Source of the DNA: an uncultured Ruminococcus sp.
GTDB taxonomy: Bacteria; Bacillota; Clostridia; Oscillospirales; Ruminococcaceae
Assembly (NCBI GenBank): GCA_900545345.1
Contig: UQYQ01000001.1
Coordinates: forward strand, 34,426-98,425
Direction of reading: 5' to 3'
Length of the DNA stretch: 64,000 nucleotides
Shown here: positions 62,197 to 64,000 of the stretch, one piece after another
Position numbering within the stretch: the first letter of the stretch is position 1
How the letters are laid out: each line of letters starts with the position of its first letter
The notes under the pieces: model-generated
What the model saw: only the letters and a program-made list of their open reading frames with translations
The model's database searches: none
What the model was told of the DNA's origin: nothing
Program-made: the position numbers and the translations under genes

Positions 62197-62985
62197 ATGA
62201 ACTATGTTTTAACACTGCTGATTTTTGCAGGTATCGGTCTTCTGGCAGGTGTACTTTTAACAGTTGCTTCAAAAGTCTTTGCAGTGAAAACCGATGAAAA
62301 ACTCGAAGCTGTTCAAAACGTTCTTCCTCAGGCTAACTGCGGTGGATGCGGATTTTCGGGCTGTAATGACTATGCAGACGCTATTGTAAACAAAGGTGAA
62401 GCAATAAACAAGTGCAACCCGGGAGGAGAAGAAACGGCAAAAAAAATCAGTATTATTATGGGAAAAGACGCAGGGGATACTGAACCTGTTACTGCCTTTG
62501 TTCATTGCGGCGGAACTTGTGATGCAGCACCGAATAAATATGATTTTAACGGTCTGCAGTCATGTGCAGCAGCAACCAGATTATACGGCGGCACAAAGCT
62601 TTGTAATAACGGATGTTTAGGACTTGGGGACTGTGCTTCGGTGTGCTCAAACGGTGCTATAAAAATATGCAACGGCGTCGCTTTTATTGATGAAAACCTT
62701 TGTACAGGCTGCGGGCTGTGTGCAAAAGCATGTCCTAAAAATCTTATTACCCTAAGGAGAAAAAGCCAAAGATTTGAGGTTCTTTGCCGCAGCGAAGCAT
62801 CAGCAAAAACAACAAGAACGCTCTGCAAAAACGGCTGTGTCGGATGCAGATTATGTGAAAAGGCTTGTCCTGCCGATGCCATTAAAGTCAAAAATAATTT
62901 TGCCGAAATTGATTATGACAAATGCATAAACTGCGGTGAATGTGCAAAGGCTTGCAAGCTGGGCGTTATAAAAGCTGTAAAATAA
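62197..62985 (+). CDS. rnfB: Rnf complex subunit B (polyferredoxin)
   Basis: 262 aa; N-terminal TM then CGGCGFSGC and several CxxCxxCxxxCP 4Fe-4S motifs. Confidence 0.9.
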   Translation: MNYVLTLLIFAGIGLLAGVLLTVASKVFAVKTDEKLEAVQNVLPQANCGGCGFSGCNDYADAIVNKGEAINKCNPGGEETAKKISIIMGKDAGDTEPVTAFVHCGGTCDAAPNKYDFNGLQSCAAATRLYGGTKLCNNGCLGLGDCASVCSNGAIKICNGVAFIDENLCTGCGLCAKACPKNLITLRRKSQRFEVLCRSEASAKTTRTLCKNGCVGCRLCEKACPADAIKVKNNFAEIDYDKCINCGECAKACKLGVIKAVK

Positions 62986-63140
62986 AATTGTTTATATATG
63001 TTTTTAATTGTTAATTTTTATAAATATCTTTTTTACAAAAAATTTTTATTTGAGTATTGACAAAATTATATAATTGGATTATAATGGTTACGTAATATTA
63101 ATTATATGCTCCTTAATATTAGTCAGAAACCCGTCAACAT

Positions 63141-63172
63141 TAGTTTGCTGTCGGGTTTTTGATTTATAAAAA
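63141..63172 (+). terminator. Probable rnf operon terminator
   Basis: aaacccgtcaacattagtttgctgtcgggtttttgattt imperfect hairpin + T-run. Confidence 0.5.
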
Positions 63173-63184
63173 TTATAATTGCAA

Positions 63185-63364
63185 CTAATACTTCCGCTCC
63201 TGTTTTAAAAAAACTTCATCATATTCCTGTTCATATTTTTTAATTAAATCCCTTACCAGAATTAAAATCTGACTGTTGGCACTTCTGCCCTCATAAGCGG
63301 AAATAATATGCAGTTTATCTAAGCTTTCAGAATCAATTCTGATTGTCAAATTCCTAATTGCCAC
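63185..63364 (-). CDS. Small ribbon-helix-helix (CopG/Arc-like) protein, 59 aa
   Basis: Hand-translated from GTG 63364 (AGAGGTG SD 4 nt upstream): MAIRNLTIRIDSESLDKLHIISAYEGRSANSQILILVRDLIKKYEQEYDEVFLKQERKY; RHH pattern (beta strand TIRID, helices); below ORF-track size cutoff. Confidence 0.45.
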   Translation of the reverse strand: MAIRNLTIRIDSESLDKLHIISAYEGRSANSQILILVRDLIKKYEQEYDEVFLKQERKY

Positions 63365-63438
63365 AATTTCACCTCTTTATAACGGTATTTTGAAATCATT
63401 TTGAAATCATATTGATATTATATCATATAAATATTGAT

Positions 63439-63598
63439 TATGCAATTGTTTTGCACTACAAATGTATTATAAAATGATTGTATATTTTTCATAAAATGTA
63501 TTGCATACTGTTATTAAAGGAGGATGCAATTTATGTGGAAAATAGAAAAAGGATATGATACAGTCAGTAAAACATTTCGTTTACCTCAAAATTTAGTT
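63439..63598 (+). repeat. Tandem duplication unit 1 (leader + 5' end of RHH gene); unit 2 at 63830-63990
   Basis: ~160 bp at ~85-90% identity repeated ~392 bp downstream; contains inverted repeat TATGCAAT...ATTGCATA and direct repeats AAATGTATT. Confidence 0.7.
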
Positions 63599-63718
63599 AT
63601 TAAACTCGATAAGCTTGCATATGATAACAAATTATCACTTAACAAATTAGTAATACAATGCTTAAATTTCGCAGTTAATAACTTAGATATTGAAGCCGAA
63701 AATAGTGAAACAAATTAA
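63533..63718 (+). CDS. Small ribbon-helix-helix (CopG/Arc-like) protein, 61 aa; copy 1 of tandem pair
   Basis: ATG 63533 (AAAGGAGG 9 nt upstream); MWKIEKGYDTVSKTFRLPQNLVIKLDKLAYDNKLSLNKLVIQCLNFAVNNLD fits the RHH xFxLRLPxELxxKL...S.N motif. Confidence 0.55.
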   Translation: MWKIEKGYDTVSKTFRLPQNLVIKLDKLAYDNKLSLNKLVIQCLNFAVNNLDIEAENSETN

Positions 63719-63739
63719 ACACAACAGATAAATACAAAT

Positions 63740-63772
63740 CCCGACAGTCATATCTTGACCGTCGGGATTCTA
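63740..63772 (+). terminator. Terminator after first RHH gene
   Basis: aatcccgacagtcatatcttgaccgtcgggatt hairpin. Confidence 0.6.
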
Positions 63773-63925
63773 TTAATATTAAGGAGCAAACGATAATATT
63801 AACATTATAATTATAACATTTATATTTCGATAATGCAATTATATTGTATTACAAATATATTACAAAATGATTGTATATTTTTCACAAAATGTATTGCATA
63901 ATAACATTAAAGGAGGTTGCAACTC

Positions 63926-64000
63926 ATGTGGAAAATAGAAAAGGGATATGATACAGTCAGTAAAACATTTCGTTTACCTCAGCAATTAGCTGAGGAACTA
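63926..64000 (+). CDS. Second tandem RHH paralog (5' part; continues beyond window)
   Basis: MWKIEKGYDTVSKTFRLPQQLAEEL... identical first 18 aa to copy 1; same SD and ~90 bp conserved leader. Confidence 0.45.
   Translation, partial: MWKIEKGYDTVSKTFRLPQQLAEEL

Overview
This is a 64 kb chromosomal window from a low-GC (~35%), spore-forming Firmicute. A Clostridia-type gut anaerobe is an inference, supported by spoIVB-spo0A, the Rnf complex and sortase and LRR surface proteins. Housekeeping content, left to right: a partial dcw cell-division cluster on the minus strand (mraZ-rsmH-ftsL-pbp-murE-murF-ftsW/spoVE); malQ-glgP (maltodextrin use); a COG2984-type ABC transporter; cardiolipin synthase; rmuC; ppa; xylulokinase and transaldolase; two tRNA loci (Val-Asp-Phe-Gly on minus, Thr on plus); spoIVB-spo0A; an aminotransferase; mgsA; a T-box leader followed by hisS-aspS; an AEC permease; nadE; rluA; a phosphatase; an XRE regulator; apbE followed by rnfCDGEAB. 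Interleaved are accessory surface-protein islands at 21.8-25.5 kb, 27.9-29.8 kb, 32.0-33.7 kb, 43.4-49.6 kb and 53.3-54.5 kb. These contain five paralogous leucine-rich-repeat (BspA-like) secreted proteins with a near-identical lysine-rich C-terminal tail that is about 90% conserved at the nucleotide level. They also contain an S8 subtilase fused to a phospholipase-C/P1-nuclease-like zinc domain, a standalone paralog of that domain and a gene fragment, and a ~95-bp intergenic element present in four copies. Other surface proteins include a sortase substrate with an MPNTG motif and two secreted proteins with K-rich FN3-like C-termini. The right edge holds three small ribbon-helix-helix genes, two of them a tandem duplication that includes their operator-like leader. 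The most interesting candidate system is the LRR/PLC-like multigene family and its repeat, which looks like a surface-variation cassette array. No CRISPR array, transposase or integrase was seen.
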